Source: Catajapyx aquilonaris (taxonomy: Eukaryota). From it: DNA of 64,000 nucleotides. Below, piece by piece: positions 1 through 11,003 of the stretch. The translations under genes and the position numbers were made by a program. Where the stretch lies: positions 1-64,000 of the forward strand of contig JYFJ02004390.1 of NCBI GenBank assembly GCA_000934665.2, given 5' to 3'. The notes beneath the pieces are model-generated. The model made no database searches, was not told where the DNA came from, and saw only the letters and a program-made list of their open reading frames with translations. How positions within the stretch are numbered: position 1 is the stretch's first letter; each line of letters starts with the position of its first letter.

Positions 1-563
1 AATTATTATCTGAATTGATCGAGCCTTGGTCGGGAGGCTCAATTGGCTCTTCCTCGCCATGCTGTGACAATTTCAGGTCCGCACCTCCAAGGAGACGACC
101 ACACCGGCGGTGCGAACACAACGCTGCACCCGTCCCTCGGCCCAACTTGGCCTCCGCGAGTGGGAAAAATCGTCGTGATCGTGCGCCCTTAAGAGTACTA
201 CCGGCCAACTGTTCAGCTGATTTAATTATGAACTATGCTAAAATATACAGAACAACAACCTTGAGAACTGTACCAGAAGAATTTGCTGGAATCGTCACAC
301 TTTGCGAGAAATGTATTAATACTTATTTGTGGCTTTTGGGCACTTCGGAAAACTCCCAAATTGATTGACTTCTCGCGAAGTGTCAAAAAGCAGCAAATAA
401 GTAGGCTATTCCTTTATTTCTCGCAAAGGAAGACGACTTCAGAAAATTCTTCTGGCACAGTTCTAAATATAGCTCTTAATATTTGTAAAATATCTTGTCT
501 TTATCTTCTGAGTAGGTGTAAGCTAAAATCTAGGCATTTTAGGCGTAGCTGGTAGCAAAGGGG
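1..563. mobile_element. Right part of a piggyBac-like non-autonomous DNA transposon; left end lies outside the window
   Basis: Ends ...CAAAGGGG followed by TTAA (564-567). Internal 215-460 is clearly homologous to 6700-7010 of the TTAA-flanked element at 6481-7279. Confidence 0.6.
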
Positions 564-906
564 TTAATGAATTATGCTAAGAAGGCTTAGGCCCGTATTC
601 ATAATGGACATTCTCAACCCGGGGTTGAGTAACCCCAGGTTGAGAGCGGGTTGGGGTTAACCCCGGGGTTGAGTCCGATCCGTATGCATAATGTCGAACA
701 TCCGTGGGGTTGAGTCAACTCCGCGTTCCAACCCCAGGGCTTACCAGGCTTGGAAACAGGTGTCCATTTCGTGACGTCACACTACCCAATACGGTACCGT
801 ATCGGACGCGGCGCTAGCACTCTCACGCGGACGGGTCGCGAAACGGCCCTGTGCTTGGCAAATGAGTGAAAATAACTGGTGACTAACTTACTATTTAATT
901 TCGAAC

Positions 907-1023
907 GGTGGAATTTTCGTCGTACTACGAGTTACTGCTAACTAAGCAGTACATTTGCAGTATTGCACTACACTGGTACTGCTATAAGTTAGAAGTAACT
1001 AGTAGTACGACAAAAATTCCACC
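907..1023. repeat. Short foldback (mini-MITE-like hairpin) inside the Harbinger element
   Basis: GGTGGAATTTTCGTCGTACTAC...GTAGTACGACAAAAATTCCACC imperfect inverted repeat. CTAACTTACTA occurs on both sides (883-893, 1024-1034). Confidence 0.6.
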
Positions 1024-1040
1024 CTAACTTACTAACAGAA

Positions 1041-1131
1041 CAGAGGTGGGCACAGCTTTCCGAAAAATTAGCTTCTCTAACAGCTAATAAGCTAACTAAA
1101 AAATTCGCCTTTGCTAAATAGCTAAAGCTAA
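1041..1131 (+). mobile_element. Left-end fragment of a hAT-like element related to 4785-5003
   Basis: Starts CAGAGGTGGGCAC followed by GCTAA-rich subterminal repeats, as in the 4785-5003 MITE. Confidence 0.45.
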
Positions 1132-1573
1132 GGATTTAATCGGGCGCGTTTACGTTAACCTCTTGTACGATCATAATTATTACGTTGCCGCATAGCTCGT
1201 CTGCTACATATACGCAAATGTGCAATTAATACCCAATGACATTAAAGTGCATAATTTCTGCAGTGGACTTGGCCACTTTTGATCTCAGACCCATCAATAG
1301 CCATTATTGTCACCCAACTTCTGAAGTATATTGTAAAATATGCGCCTGTAAATGAGCTGACTATTTGACCAAATAGCAAGTGCTGACCAGCATCTATTGT
1401 ACCGAATAAGCTATAATTAACTCAGGGGGCTGGTTGAGGTAAGATTTTGGGTGAGGAGCAACAGTGACCATTATTTTGTACTTCATGGCGGGGTGGTACG
1501 AGACGCATTCTTTTCCTACAAAAATTGTAGAAGGTGTACTGTACATCAGAATACTAATGTAGCCTACCAGCTA

Positions 1574-1977
1574 CAGGGCGTCACAAGTTCAAGTGACGAT
1601 TAACAGTTACAAATAGCAGTTATTTGCGCCATTCATGTAGCAGCTAGATCAGCTTCATCGAAAATATTAGCTGCCAATAGCAGCATACATGTAATCAAGC
1701 ATGTAATGAATCCTGTCGGGTTGACCTGGAAATAATACAGTGCCCTGTTTTACCCCGCGTGTGGCGCGGGAGTGGCAGCCTTCTTTGCGGACTCCCGGAT
1801 TGGCATTGGTGCCGCATGTGGCATGTGGTTCCAGCAGATTCATTACATGTATGCTGCTATTGGCAGCTAATATTTTCGATGACGCCGAAGAGGTAATAGT
1901 TCAGACGTAGCTGCTACATGAATGGCACAAAATCACTGCTATTTATAACCGTCACTTGAACTTGGGATGACTCCCTG
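1574..1977. mobile_element. Tc1/mariner-type foldback MITE nested in the Harbinger element
   Basis: TA|CAGGGCGTC...GACTCCCTG|TA. Long imperfect inverted arms, e.g. CATCGAAAATATTAGCTGCCAATAGCAGCATACATGTAAT and its reverse complement. Confidence 0.8.
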
Positions 1978-2679
1978 TATATGTAGCCCACCCAATAAAA
2001 TCACTGTCTTTGCATGACTGATGTAAATTTATCAGTGGCCCTGAAATGGCCCGCTTGTCTACAGAGGAAGAACGAGGTCGGCCGCGATCATTTCGAGCAG
2101 GTTCAACATGCAGTCTTTCCGCAGGCGGTACCGTTGCCGGTACCGTTGCCGGAGGGACCCGTCCCGTCGTCGTACACCTCCATCGGGTTCTCCCGGTCCC
2201 TCAGACACACGCGTCGGAGGTCTAGCCGCTTCAGAACGGCATGAATTTCGACCCCTTCCGCCATTTGCAATCGACCTCAACCCCGAGTTCAGATCTGAAC
2301 CCTGGTCGAGGACCGGGGTCAACTCCCCGCCCGACTCAACCCCGGATCGCGGGGTTTCAAGGCCATTATGAATACGAACCCGGGGTCAACTCCGCCTCAA
2401 CCCCGGGTTCAACCCCGACCCCGCGTTCGAATTCCATTATGAATACGGGCCTTATTCAGGTTCAGCTGTTGGTAAGAGTAGTAAGGGCTGGCCTAGGAAG
2501 GCATGATGGATCCGGTTGGTGAGTGGGTTGCCATAAGGCAGTGGTTCCCAAACTGTGCTCTGCAGAGCCCCAAGCTCCTCGAAGGGGTCTGCAAAATCAT
2601 TGAGAATTTTGGAGAATTGAGAAACAGGACCCTTTTTCAAAATATAGTTCACTTGTCCACCTGCCCTTGAACGAAACGA

Positions 2680-3537
2680 CTCCTAAATTTTTAGTTTATT
2701 GGGCAGATTTTTCACTGCAAATGGTATTCAAGAAACAACTGCATCAATGCACAGTATGCACAGTTGGCCCGAAGGCAATGACTGGCCAGACTTCTCGAGT
2801 TAAGACCAGAATAAAGGATGTATCAAAGGAGTGCAACAGAAGTCACTGTGGCTTCCACAGACAAGGCTAAGCCATAAGAATGCCGTTCTCTACTTAAAAA
2901 CAGTGCTGGACAAACCTGTGTAAATGACTATAAATCACATTAAGTCCCGGCGTCTGAAATCCAGGCTGTTTAAAATTTTGTGTGATGCCAGAGGAAGTCT
3001 TCATAAGTCATTGCTTCCTCACAGAAGTGAGATGGCTGCCTCAAGGAAAAGCATTTACACTTTTGATTCAATTACAGAATGAAGTGCGATCATTTTTAAT
3101 GGATCACAACAGTAATTTGACAAACTTATTGACTGATGAATAGTGGCTTTGCAAACTTTCATATTTTTCAAAAGATATTTTTGCCATAAATGAAATTAAT
3201 CTTTGTCTGTAAGGTAAGGATCTTAACGGATTTTGATGCAAGCGACAAAGTGTGTTCATTTAAAGCAAAACTGCAGTTATGAACCTAATTTATTGCTGGT
3301 GGCGGCCTGGAGTGTTTTCCACTTATGAAAGAGCTACAAGAAGAACATCAATCGGATGCACCAGAAGAGGTGTTGGGTGACATTCACGAGCACCTATGGA
3401 CCTGCGATGTCTTGAGTAATTCCTCCGAGAAAATATAATTTCCAGGGAGGTATGGTAAAACTGAAGGACATGACTGAATGGGTGATCAATCCATTTGCAG
3501 TTACTTCAAAACCAACCTCTCTGACATCTACTGAATA
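2680..3537 (+). pseudogene. Charlie/Buster-type hAT transposase remnant, central part
   Basis: Translates, with stops and frameshifts, to CTVGPKAMTG..SHCGFHRQ..NHIKSRRLKSRLFKILC..SLLPH(T)EVRWL.QGK. This matches the CTDGAxAMTG / THCxxHR / LLxHTEVRWLSRG motifs of Buster-family transposases. Confidence 0.85.
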
Positions 3538-3758
3538 TTGTCGCCGAAGGAGTAAGGGCGAATAGACAATTTTTCAGAAAATGGCTAAAATGTGTATTTT
3601 ATGGTGAAATCACCAATGCTGCAGGTTTTGGTAAAAGGACAAATGTGTAGGTGGAACAGTGCTCGCATACAGTGATGCTGTGATTTGTGAGGATGCGAGG
3701 ACCAATCAAAACAAATTTAGACTGATTTTTTAATGTGACAAAGAGAATTAGGCTATGA

Positions 3759-4311
3759 CTCGCTTTGCGAGCTGGTGGGGCTCCGCCCCCCCGGACCCCC
3801 CCGTGGGGCTGCGCCCCACCTGCACGCCTTCGGCGCGGTGCCCGTATTCCGCCTAATCCATCCGGTTACAGAAATCAGTGACGTCACCGGTAGCGATGAG
3901 GAGTTTCCGAACGTGCCCTCTGTGACGTATCGTTCAAAACAGCGCTTGGGACGACAGGTGGGACCATCTGTGACGTATCATTGCAACGGCTGGTTTGAGC
4001 TGTGGGTTTGAGCAGGGCCCGGGTTTGAGTGACAAGCGGGTGGAGAGGAGTGGGTGGTCAATTGTTCTCGGGGATCCGGGGGAGTTTGCGGATACATTAA
4101 TTTCGCGATCTCGGGTTTGCGTCTAAATTTAATTTGGCGATCTCGAAAACGGCTGGGAATTTTGCGATTATGAGGATTTTTAGAATCGGTATACCCGAAG
4201 CTAGAAATGCAACGGTGCAAGTCCGACGTCTCTGCGACGCCGGGAAGTGCGAAATCTTTTTCATCCTCCTCCTCCTCCTCCTCGTCAGATTGGGGCTTTA
4301 TATATATTAGA
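3759..4311 (-). mobile_element. Non-autonomous Helitron-like element
   Basis: Minus strand begins TC(TAATATATATAAAG) and ends in GC-rich hairpins (...CTCGCAAAGCGAG). Comparison with the intact opposite arm of the host mariner TIR is consistent with insertion without a TSD. Confidence 0.68.
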
Positions 4312-4493
4312 CTTGCAGTGAATGGCATCATGTCCAGAATAGATTGAAGTATTAGAACACCAATTCATGTTCAAATATTTCAAGATCCCAGGTGACGCGA
4401 CGGTGACACCGGAAGTAGACGTAGGTTCATATTTGCCTCCGCTCTGCCTCAGCGTGGAGGTTTCGCTGCCATTTTAAGACAACAGCGACGGAG

Positions 4494-5075
4494 GTGTATG
4501 TTATGCTCAGAGATGGTGAAGATGTATCCCACAGCATTCCGATGGTACAAGGCATTCAGCAAGGATCCATAGTCAGCTTTCAAGGACACAGGTCTGCAGA
4601 CTCACAACATATTTTTGACAGAGATCATTATCTTCACCTATTTAGTTATTGTCAGGGAAGATCACCGCGTAACCATGTATGACCTTGCCAGAATGTGTGG
4701 TACCTCCAGTGGTATTGCCCACACGATTTTGCATTGACCATTTTCACATGCGATGCGTTTGTACCCAATGCGATCAGTCCCCAGAAATGGTGGGCACCGC
4801 TAACTTTCAATAACAGCTAACTTGCTCAGTAAAACCAACGCTAAATCGCTAATGCTAAACAGCTAGAAAGGTTAGTGGAAATCCCCCTAATCGTTCTAGC
4901 TGTTTATCATTAGTGATATAGCGCCGCCCACGGTTTCCTAACCGAATTAGCAGTTAGCAGATGTTAGTGGAACTAAAAATTTCTGTTAGCGTGCCCACCA
5001 TTGGTCCCCAGACTGTTGACTCCAGAAGAGCGAGGCAAATGTGGGTGGAGGTTTCCAAATAGTTGCAACGTCTTG
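4494..5075 (+). pseudogene. Mariner transposase N-terminal remnant (HTH region to the WVPxxL linker)
   Basis: Fragments RWYKAFS, IVREDHRVTMYDLARMCGTSSGIAHTILH and VPRLLTPEE. Interrupted by the hAT MITE 4785-5003. Confidence 0.78.
4785..5003. mobile_element. hAT MITE
   Basis: TIR (A/C)AATGGTGGGCAC / GTGCCCACCATTG. Perfect 8-bp TSD GTCCCCAG (4777-4784, 5004-5011). GCTAA subterminal repeats. Confidence 0.88.
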
Positions 5076-5480
5076 TGGCCTCACATGGTGACCAGTATCT
5101 GCTGTTCACAATCTTAGCATGTTGTACACCTCTGTGGTTGTTTTATTCAAACGGAAGCAAAACCTCAATGCTGAATATTGGTCCTCACCGCCGACCTTCT
5201 GGCAGTGCATAGACGAATGTGAACCTAGGTCTACTTCCAGTGTCACCATTGCCTGAGATGGCATAACCTTTAAACAAGAATCGGTGTTCTAATACTGCAA
5301 TCTATACTTGACACGATGCCATTCACCGCGAGTCATGAACTAATTCTCTTTGTCACAAAAAATAAGTATCAGTTTGTTTTGGCTGGCCCTCTTATTTTCA
5401 ACCTATTTTTACCTCTCCTAAAATGGTTTTTTCGCCCGTTTTTCTTATTGCCGATGCCTCATAGGCATTAGTCAGACACG

Positions 5481-5774
5481 TACTCTCTAAAAAAAATAGA
5501 GTTAAAAAAACTCAAGTTGGGTTCTTTTTAACTCTTTTAACCTTGAAAGTGGTCATTACCAAAAATGAGTTATAATAACTCTTTCGCTGGAGTTAAAACA
5601 ACTCTTTCAGTTCATTTCATCCTCCGAAAGAGTTATTCATTAACTCTTTCGGAGGATGAAATGAACTAAAAGAGTTGTTTGAACTCCAGCAAAGAGTTAT
5701 TATAACTCATTTTTGGTAATGACCACTTTCAAGGTTTAAAAGAGTTAATTTAACTCTTATTTTTTTAGAGAGTA
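5481..5774. mobile_element. Almost fully palindromic MITE; superfamily uncertain (CACTA-like or TA-TSD)
   Basis: TACTCTCTAAAAAA...TTTTTTAGAGAGTA. Arms complementary up to a tiny loop near 5635-5642. Internal AACTC/GAGTT repeats. Confidence 0.8.
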
Positions 5775-6010
5775 TGTTGCCTTGCAAAATAAGTCTTGTT
5801 CAGTTGTTCAGAAATTTGGCAAAGTTTAAAAGACAAGTTGTAACAACTCAGCAATTTCTAAAAATTATTTTTTCTATTTGCCACCACTTACATGTGAAGG
5901 ATTAGTGTGAATCATTTCTGCCTATGCAGCAACTAACTCCAAGTACACTAACCGCTTCGACACTGTACCTGGCATCTTTCTGCAGATATCCATAAAATTG
6001 GACATCGCAA
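5775..6010 (+). pseudogene. Charlie transposase C-terminal (hAT dimerisation region) remnant
   Basis: KIIFLFATTY(L)CE-like segment around 5860-5900, continuing the reading interrupted at 3537. Confidence 0.65.
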
Positions 6011-6480
6011 AACTATGCAAAACAATATTCATCTCAGTAGGTGCTATTTAAAAATAATAATTTGTAATTAGCTCATAAAATAATGATTTTTTTTTGTTTC
6101 TGCATCTGTTGTTCATGAATCATGAGTCTTGTCTACTATAGTGCGCAAAAAGATGGAGGCGATTTTTCATTGAATCCTAATGCAAAATCGTAGCCTATCC
6201 AAATTTTTGAGTGATATAGAGTACAGTAATGCAGGCCCTACGTGAAGAAGCATACATTGAAAGTGCAAAAATTGTCAAGGGCTCTGCTGTCAAATTCTTT
6301 TTAAAAAGGGGGCTCCACCAGACAAAAGTTTGGGAACCACTGCTGTAAGGGTATGCTTAGTCTAATGCCTTGAGCCCCCTACACACAGTAGTGAAACACG
6401 CAGGATTATTCATACGCAGGCAGGGCTAGATGTGAAAGTGCACTGTTCATATCGGTGTGATTCACAGCTGCAGGGTTTAA

Positions 6481-7279
6481 CCCCTTCGGCCCCAGATCGG
6501 CCCGAACCACACAGTTTTTGGCTTACGCGTACTCTGAAGATACGGACAAGATATTTTGCAAATAATAACAGCTATACTTACGAGATCTGGGAAACCCCTA
6601 TGAATGTGTCTGGAACCATTTTACTCGTCTAGAAGTCCCTAAATTAATTTCCAAAAAAGGGCTCTAATAACTAGAAATTGGACTACTGCCGCCCAACTTT
6701 TAGACTGATTTAATTATGAAATGCGTGAACATATGCGGAATAACAACTTTGAGAACCATACCAGAGGAATTTGCTGAAATTGTCGTCCTTTGCGAGAAAT
6801 AAATTAATACTTATTTGCGGCTTTCTGGCACTTCGGTAAACTTCTGAAAACTTCCAAATTTATTTGTTTCTTATGAAGTACGACGATTTCAGAAAATTCA
6901 TCTCACACTCATTTAGGAGTTTTCCTAAGTGCTAGAAAGCCGCAAATAAATATTAATTTATTTCTCGCAAAGTACGACGATTTCAGCAAATTCGTCTGGC
7001 ATGGTTCTCATGGTTGTTATTCCGCATATTTTCACGCATGTCATAATCAAATCAGCCTAAAAGTTGGGCGGCAGTAGTCCAATTTCGAGTTATTATAGCC
7101 CCTTTTTGGAAATTAATTTAGGGACTTCTAGACGAGTAAAATGGTTCCAGACACATTCATAGGGTTTTCCCAGATCTCGTAAGTATAGCTGTTATTATTT
7201 GCAAAATATCTTGTCCGTATCTTCGGAGTACGCGTAAGACGAAAACTGTGTGGTTCGGGCCGATCTGGGTCCGAAGGGG
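6481..7279. mobile_element. piggyBac-like foldback MITE (~800 bp)
   Basis: TTAA|CCCCTTCGG...CCGAAGGGG|TTAA (TSD 6477-6480, 7280-7283). ~360-bp inverted arms; the mirrored ORFs 6432-6632(+) and 7128-7349(-) reflect this. Confidence 0.9.
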
Positions 7280-7707
7280 TTAAGCTCCTCGCGCATGGAA
7301 TTAGGACAACCTCTATATTATTTCCCCCATGAAGCACAAGTGACGTCACAATTCAAGATGGCCCCTTCTGGCCCAGTCACACTCTGAGGTCTGAAAAGGG
7401 GTGCACATGGCCACTACTTCCAGTCACTAGCCACATGGTCATTGCCACAGGACCCATGGGAGCAAGCGTGTGGAGGCAGGATCTGGATAAGCAGCTCCTC
7501 GGCCTCTACGAACATGTGCAGTTGATTGGATGCCATCTTCTCCTTGTATGTCACATGTGCTTTTCCAGTGTCAGTAGGCAGCGTGCGCGCTTGGATCCTC
7601 CCTCTCCGTCTAACCTGCAAGTGTGTTTCACGACTGCCTTTAGTGTTCATGTGTAAAGACATGGCTGAGGCTCAAGTTGTGTTTTTGGATAGGTGCATGT
7701 TAACTAA

Positions 7708-8058
7708 CAAGGGAATGACCAAGGGTGGTCGCCTTCGATTTAGCTGAAATGTGCATGGGGTCAGTCATGTGCCATAAACACAGTGGTGAAAGTCCTAAAT
7801 GCCTGTTTTCAGCCGTTTCCAAGATATGAGCGACAGAAACATCCGAATTTTGGCCGCACGTACAGGGGTCTTGCACTTGTCCCTTCCCCACCCGACCCCT
7901 GTACGCATGGCCAAAATTCGGATATTTTTGTCACTCACATCTCGGAAATGGCTGAAAACGGGAATTTAGGACTTTCACCACTGTGTTTATGGCACATGAT
8001 TGACCCCTCATGCAAGTCTCAGCCAAATCTGAGACGACCACCCTTGGTCATTCCCTTG
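7708..8058. mobile_element. Foldback MITE with 3-bp TAA TSD (unclassified)
   Basis: TAA|CAAGGGAATGACCAAGGGTGGTCG...CGACCACCCTTGGTCATTCCCTTG|TAA. Arms ~160 bp. Confidence 0.85.
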
Positions 8059-8204
8059 TAAGGTTGAGTGATCAAGAAATGGATACACTAATAAGTTTAC
8101 TGTGATGTTTAAAAGAGAAATAGTTTATCATTGGGGAGTTGGACAAGTTGACTGTGTGTTTGCTGATGATGCACTGGGTGTTATTGGAGAATTATTACTT
8201 GCAG

Positions 8205-8506
8205 GTGGCCTGTTCAATGAAGAAGAGAAGGATGGTCCTCTTTTCAAGGAAGACGTGGCTTCCTCCTCTAGTTCCACTCCCCCTTTTGCTGGTGTCAATG
8301 CAGCTGATAGGAACATTCCTGCTGGTTTTGGTACCACTGCCAAGAAGAAGACAGGTGGCCTCTTTGACAGTGATGATGAAGATGATCTCTTTGCTGCCTC
8401 CAAGCCAAAAGCAAAGGCCAAAGAGCCTGTGTTTGCTGATGATGTTATGCCAAAGGAGCACTCAGTTGCACCAACAGCAGTTGTGCCAGAGGTGAAGGGA
8501 AAGAAG
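8205..8506 (+). CDS. WASHC2: WASH complex subunit 2 (FAM21), penultimate coding exon
   Basis: Acceptor TTACTTGCAG|G (phase 1) and donor AAG|GTTAGA (phase 0). Encodes LFa motifs GLFNEEEKDGPLF and GLFDSDDEDDLF. Splicing to 11004 yields the FAM21-typical KK|LPAGAVSIF. Confidence 0.88.
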
Positions 8507-8862
8507 GTTAGAGATACAACTTTATCGATTTTGGGAATGAGGTTTTGATCTGTGTGGTTAGAATAGAATGTTCATATGTTACAAAAATGTATCCTAGCTG
8601 TCACATGCAGGGTGTTCCAAGTACAGTAAAACTTCTATAAGTCGAATCTCCATGGGACTGGAAAAAAACTTCGAGTTATAGAAGATTCGAGTTAGAGAAG
8701 TTTGGATTTTTTAAACCACAGAACTCTATAAGGAAGCCTACCTTTATATCCAGGGACGAAAGGTGTTCAAAACTTAAAAATGACTGTCACTCTCACACTT
8801 ACCATGTTCCTCATTATTTTGTTGTAAAAAAAATCTCTGTTGTGGACATTTGCCTACTCCTA

Positions 8863-9562
8863 CAGCCAAACTAACTCTTCTTACCCTCCTAAATTTTGAC
8901 AATTCTAATTCTGCTTGACCTATAGCAGTGGTTTCCAACCTGGGGGTCGCGGGCAGGGTCGCTAGGGGTCGCAAGCCTTGGTTCAACTTTTTTTTTTTGT
9001 TTTTTTTTTGTTTTTGCAATTTCTGTGTAAATTGAACCATTTTTGCGGCCGTACAGAGTGTATGTTTTCTGGAAANGGGGGTCGCACATTTATGGAAACA
9101 TGTTTAGGGGGTCGCAGTTGGTAAAAGGTTGGAAACCACTGACCTGTAGTGTTGTGCAAACATCACCCCTGCTGCTAATTTTCACATTAGCAGGGTCAAA
9201 ATACAAGCCAAAAGACCGAAATTCTGAAGCCATAGCACCTGCATCTGGTCGCGGGTGGCTGGTCGCCGGTTGTTGCAACTGATATCAGTGCTATGTAAAT
9301 GATTGATTAATCTTGATTCATAAATTGCTACACAAAATTGATTTCGAAGCGTGTGAGGTCATTTTCTACTTGCTCGCGCCACCAGGGGAACTGCGACCTG
9401 CGACAGGCTGCTAGGTGTTGTGGCTTTGGAATATAGGATTTAGCTTGTATTTTGACGTGAAAATTAGCAGCAGAGGTGATGTTTGCACAACACTAGGCCA
9501 AGCAGAAGTAGAAAATCCAAAATTTTCGAAATTTAGGAGGGTAAGAAGAGTTAGTTTGGTTG
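8863..9562. mobile_element. Foldback MITE nested in family A copy 1
   Basis: TIR CAGCCAAACTAACTCTTCTTACCCTCCTAAATT / AATTTAGGAGGGTAAGAAGAGTTAGTTTGGTTG. Flanks CTA/TTA. Uninterrupted family A copies read ...CTACTCTTAGATTC at this site. Confidence 0.85.
8926..9141. mobile_element. hAT-Charlie-type MITE (third nesting level)
   Basis: TIR CAGTGGTTTCCAACC / GGTTGGAAACCACTG. 8-bp TSD ACCTATAG / ACCTGTAG. GGGGTCGC subterminal repeats. Confidence 0.88.
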
Positions 9563-10334
9563 TTAGATTCAAGGATTCAATTGTCACAATCGAGTCAAAC
9601 ACTTCTTTCGTTACGTCTGGTAGACAGAGATCAGGAAATTGAGCCTTTCAGTACGTGTGGCCTACTCTCGACCCTTCCGCTGGGAAATGAGAAAATTTTC
9701 CATACTCAGCAACATGAACTTCGACTTAGGGAGACTGAAAATGCATTGATATCCCATCGTAAGGCCTGCATGCACTTCGAGTTATAGAAATTCAAGTTAG
9801 GGAAGTTTATTTCCTATTCTTTTACATTGTGACCAACCAAGCTCATAATTTTCTTCGACTTATAGAGAACTTTGACTAAGGGAAGTTTGACTTATAGAAA
9901 AGTTTTACTGTACGTATATTAGTCCTTTTAGTTATAGGAAATTTTGCTCAAAGCTGCTATTTTTTTGTAGCCTAACCAGGTGTCCTATTCTATAGCAACT
10001 ACTATATTTGACCACCTCAGGGGAGTAATGGGGCACCTGGATCGGGGCGCAGCAAGCTAATCAAAAATAACTACTTTGGGGGGTATTAGTGATAACAAAA
10101 CAGGCCCCACGATCTTGAAAACACACTTAATTTTTGCACAGTGAAAGCCAGCCCACGGACACTACCCCTATAGTCTTATCTTATTGCCTGCCAGGGCGTT
10201 TTGCAGGAGGTGCTCACCTGAGAGCGTCATGAGACGTTTCACAGAACAATTATGTGGCGACCCTACCGGACTACCCTGAATTTTATAGGTACAAAAGGGA
10301 AGCGCTAAACGAAACGCTAACGAAAACGGGAAAA

Positions 10335-10784
10335 GTTACAAAAGATGTCTTTTCCTGGGTTTTGAAGCAGTACATCGATATGTTGATGTACATTTGTCGA
10401 GGTGTGCAGATGACGCAAAAATCACGAGAAGGGGAGAGTAACAAAAGATGTATGACACCTCCCGCACTCCCGTCCCCCCAATGCCCCATTGTTGACCAGT
10501 GTCCCACCCTCTTTATTTAAACAATGAAAAGAGTTACAGATATGAACTTGACTGGGTTTTGAAGCTCTATCGATGCCACTTTGTGTGGTATACAGATGGA
10601 CTAGTAAATTTTGCAAGGAGGGGGGGAAAAAATAAAAAAACGACACCTGCCTCCCTGGCACCGATTTAAAGAATAGGATGAGTGTACAGTGGGTTGCACA
10701 AAATAATGGATTTTTGAACCATCTGTATACCACAAAGTGGCATCGATAGAGCTTCAAAACCCAGAAAAGACCATTTCTGCAACT
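10335..10784. repeat. Compound inverted repeat (TIR-element remnant)
   Basis: 10552-10600 is nearly the reverse complement of 10719-10764 (CTGGGTTTTGAAGCTCTATCGATGCCACTTTG). A more diverged left arm at 10335-10380 also pairs with 10741-10784. Confidence 0.55.
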
Positions 10785-11003
10785 ATTTTGGTTTTATAAT
10801 GAAATATGATTCATATTTTTTAAGAGCTCCTACAAATTGACAGGTGGGTCTATATTGCATTATGGTCTTCAACTGTCCTTTTGTTTATATACCACATTAG
10901 GCTTAAACCTTTGCAAGGTATATATTTTTTTAAATCAGTTGTTTACCTTGATATACAGTGTTGTACAATGTCATTAGTACATATTTCCTCTTCTCTCGTT
11001 TAG

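Larger units (their letters stand above)
590..2451. mobile_element. PIF/Harbinger-type non-autonomous element with nested insertions
   Basis: Perfect 19-bp TIR GGCCCGTATTCATAATGGA / TCCATTATGAATACGGGCC. TTA TSD at 587-589 and 2452-2454. Subterminal AACCCCGGGGTT-type palindromic repeats at both ends. Confidence 0.88.
3538..5461 (+). mobile_element. Decayed mariner-like element with long (~350-450 bp) imperfect TIRs, inserted into the Charlie transposase
   Basis: 3700-3758 plus 4312-4450 is the reverse complement of 5200-5400 (e.g. GTGACAAAGAGAATTAG/CTAATTCTCTTTGTCAC). Right end ...GCCTCA|TA. Internal mariner transposase remnant. Left boundary approximate. Confidence 0.72.
2539..6342 (+). mobile_element. 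Decayed hAT-Charlie/Buster DNA transposon hosting four nested elements
   Basis: TIR CAGTGGTTCCCAAAC / GTTTGGGAACCACTG. Imperfect 8-bp TSD CCATAAGG (2531-2538) / CTGTAAGG (6343-6350). Internal degenerate Charlie transposase. Confidence 0.88.
8624..9910. mobile_element. Tigger/pogo-like MITE family A, copy 1 (interrupted by two nested elements)
   Basis: TA|CAGTAAAACTT...AAGTTTTACTG|TA. Homologous to copies at 18375, 21742 and 27146. TTCGAGTTA subterminal repeats. Confidence 0.9.

Noticed and set aside
610..740. Short palindromic repeats resembling a CRISPR array (also TTCGAGTTA repeats in family A)
   Set aside because: Irregular spacing, located in MITE subtermini, eukaryotic context, no cas genes.
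2460..2471. Possible 12-nt phase-1 microexon (CAG|GTTCAGCTGTTG|GTAAGA) compatible with the WASHC2 exon at 8205
   Set aside because: No polypyrimidine tract (upstream is a MITE end) and such matches arise by chance; RNA evidence would be needed.
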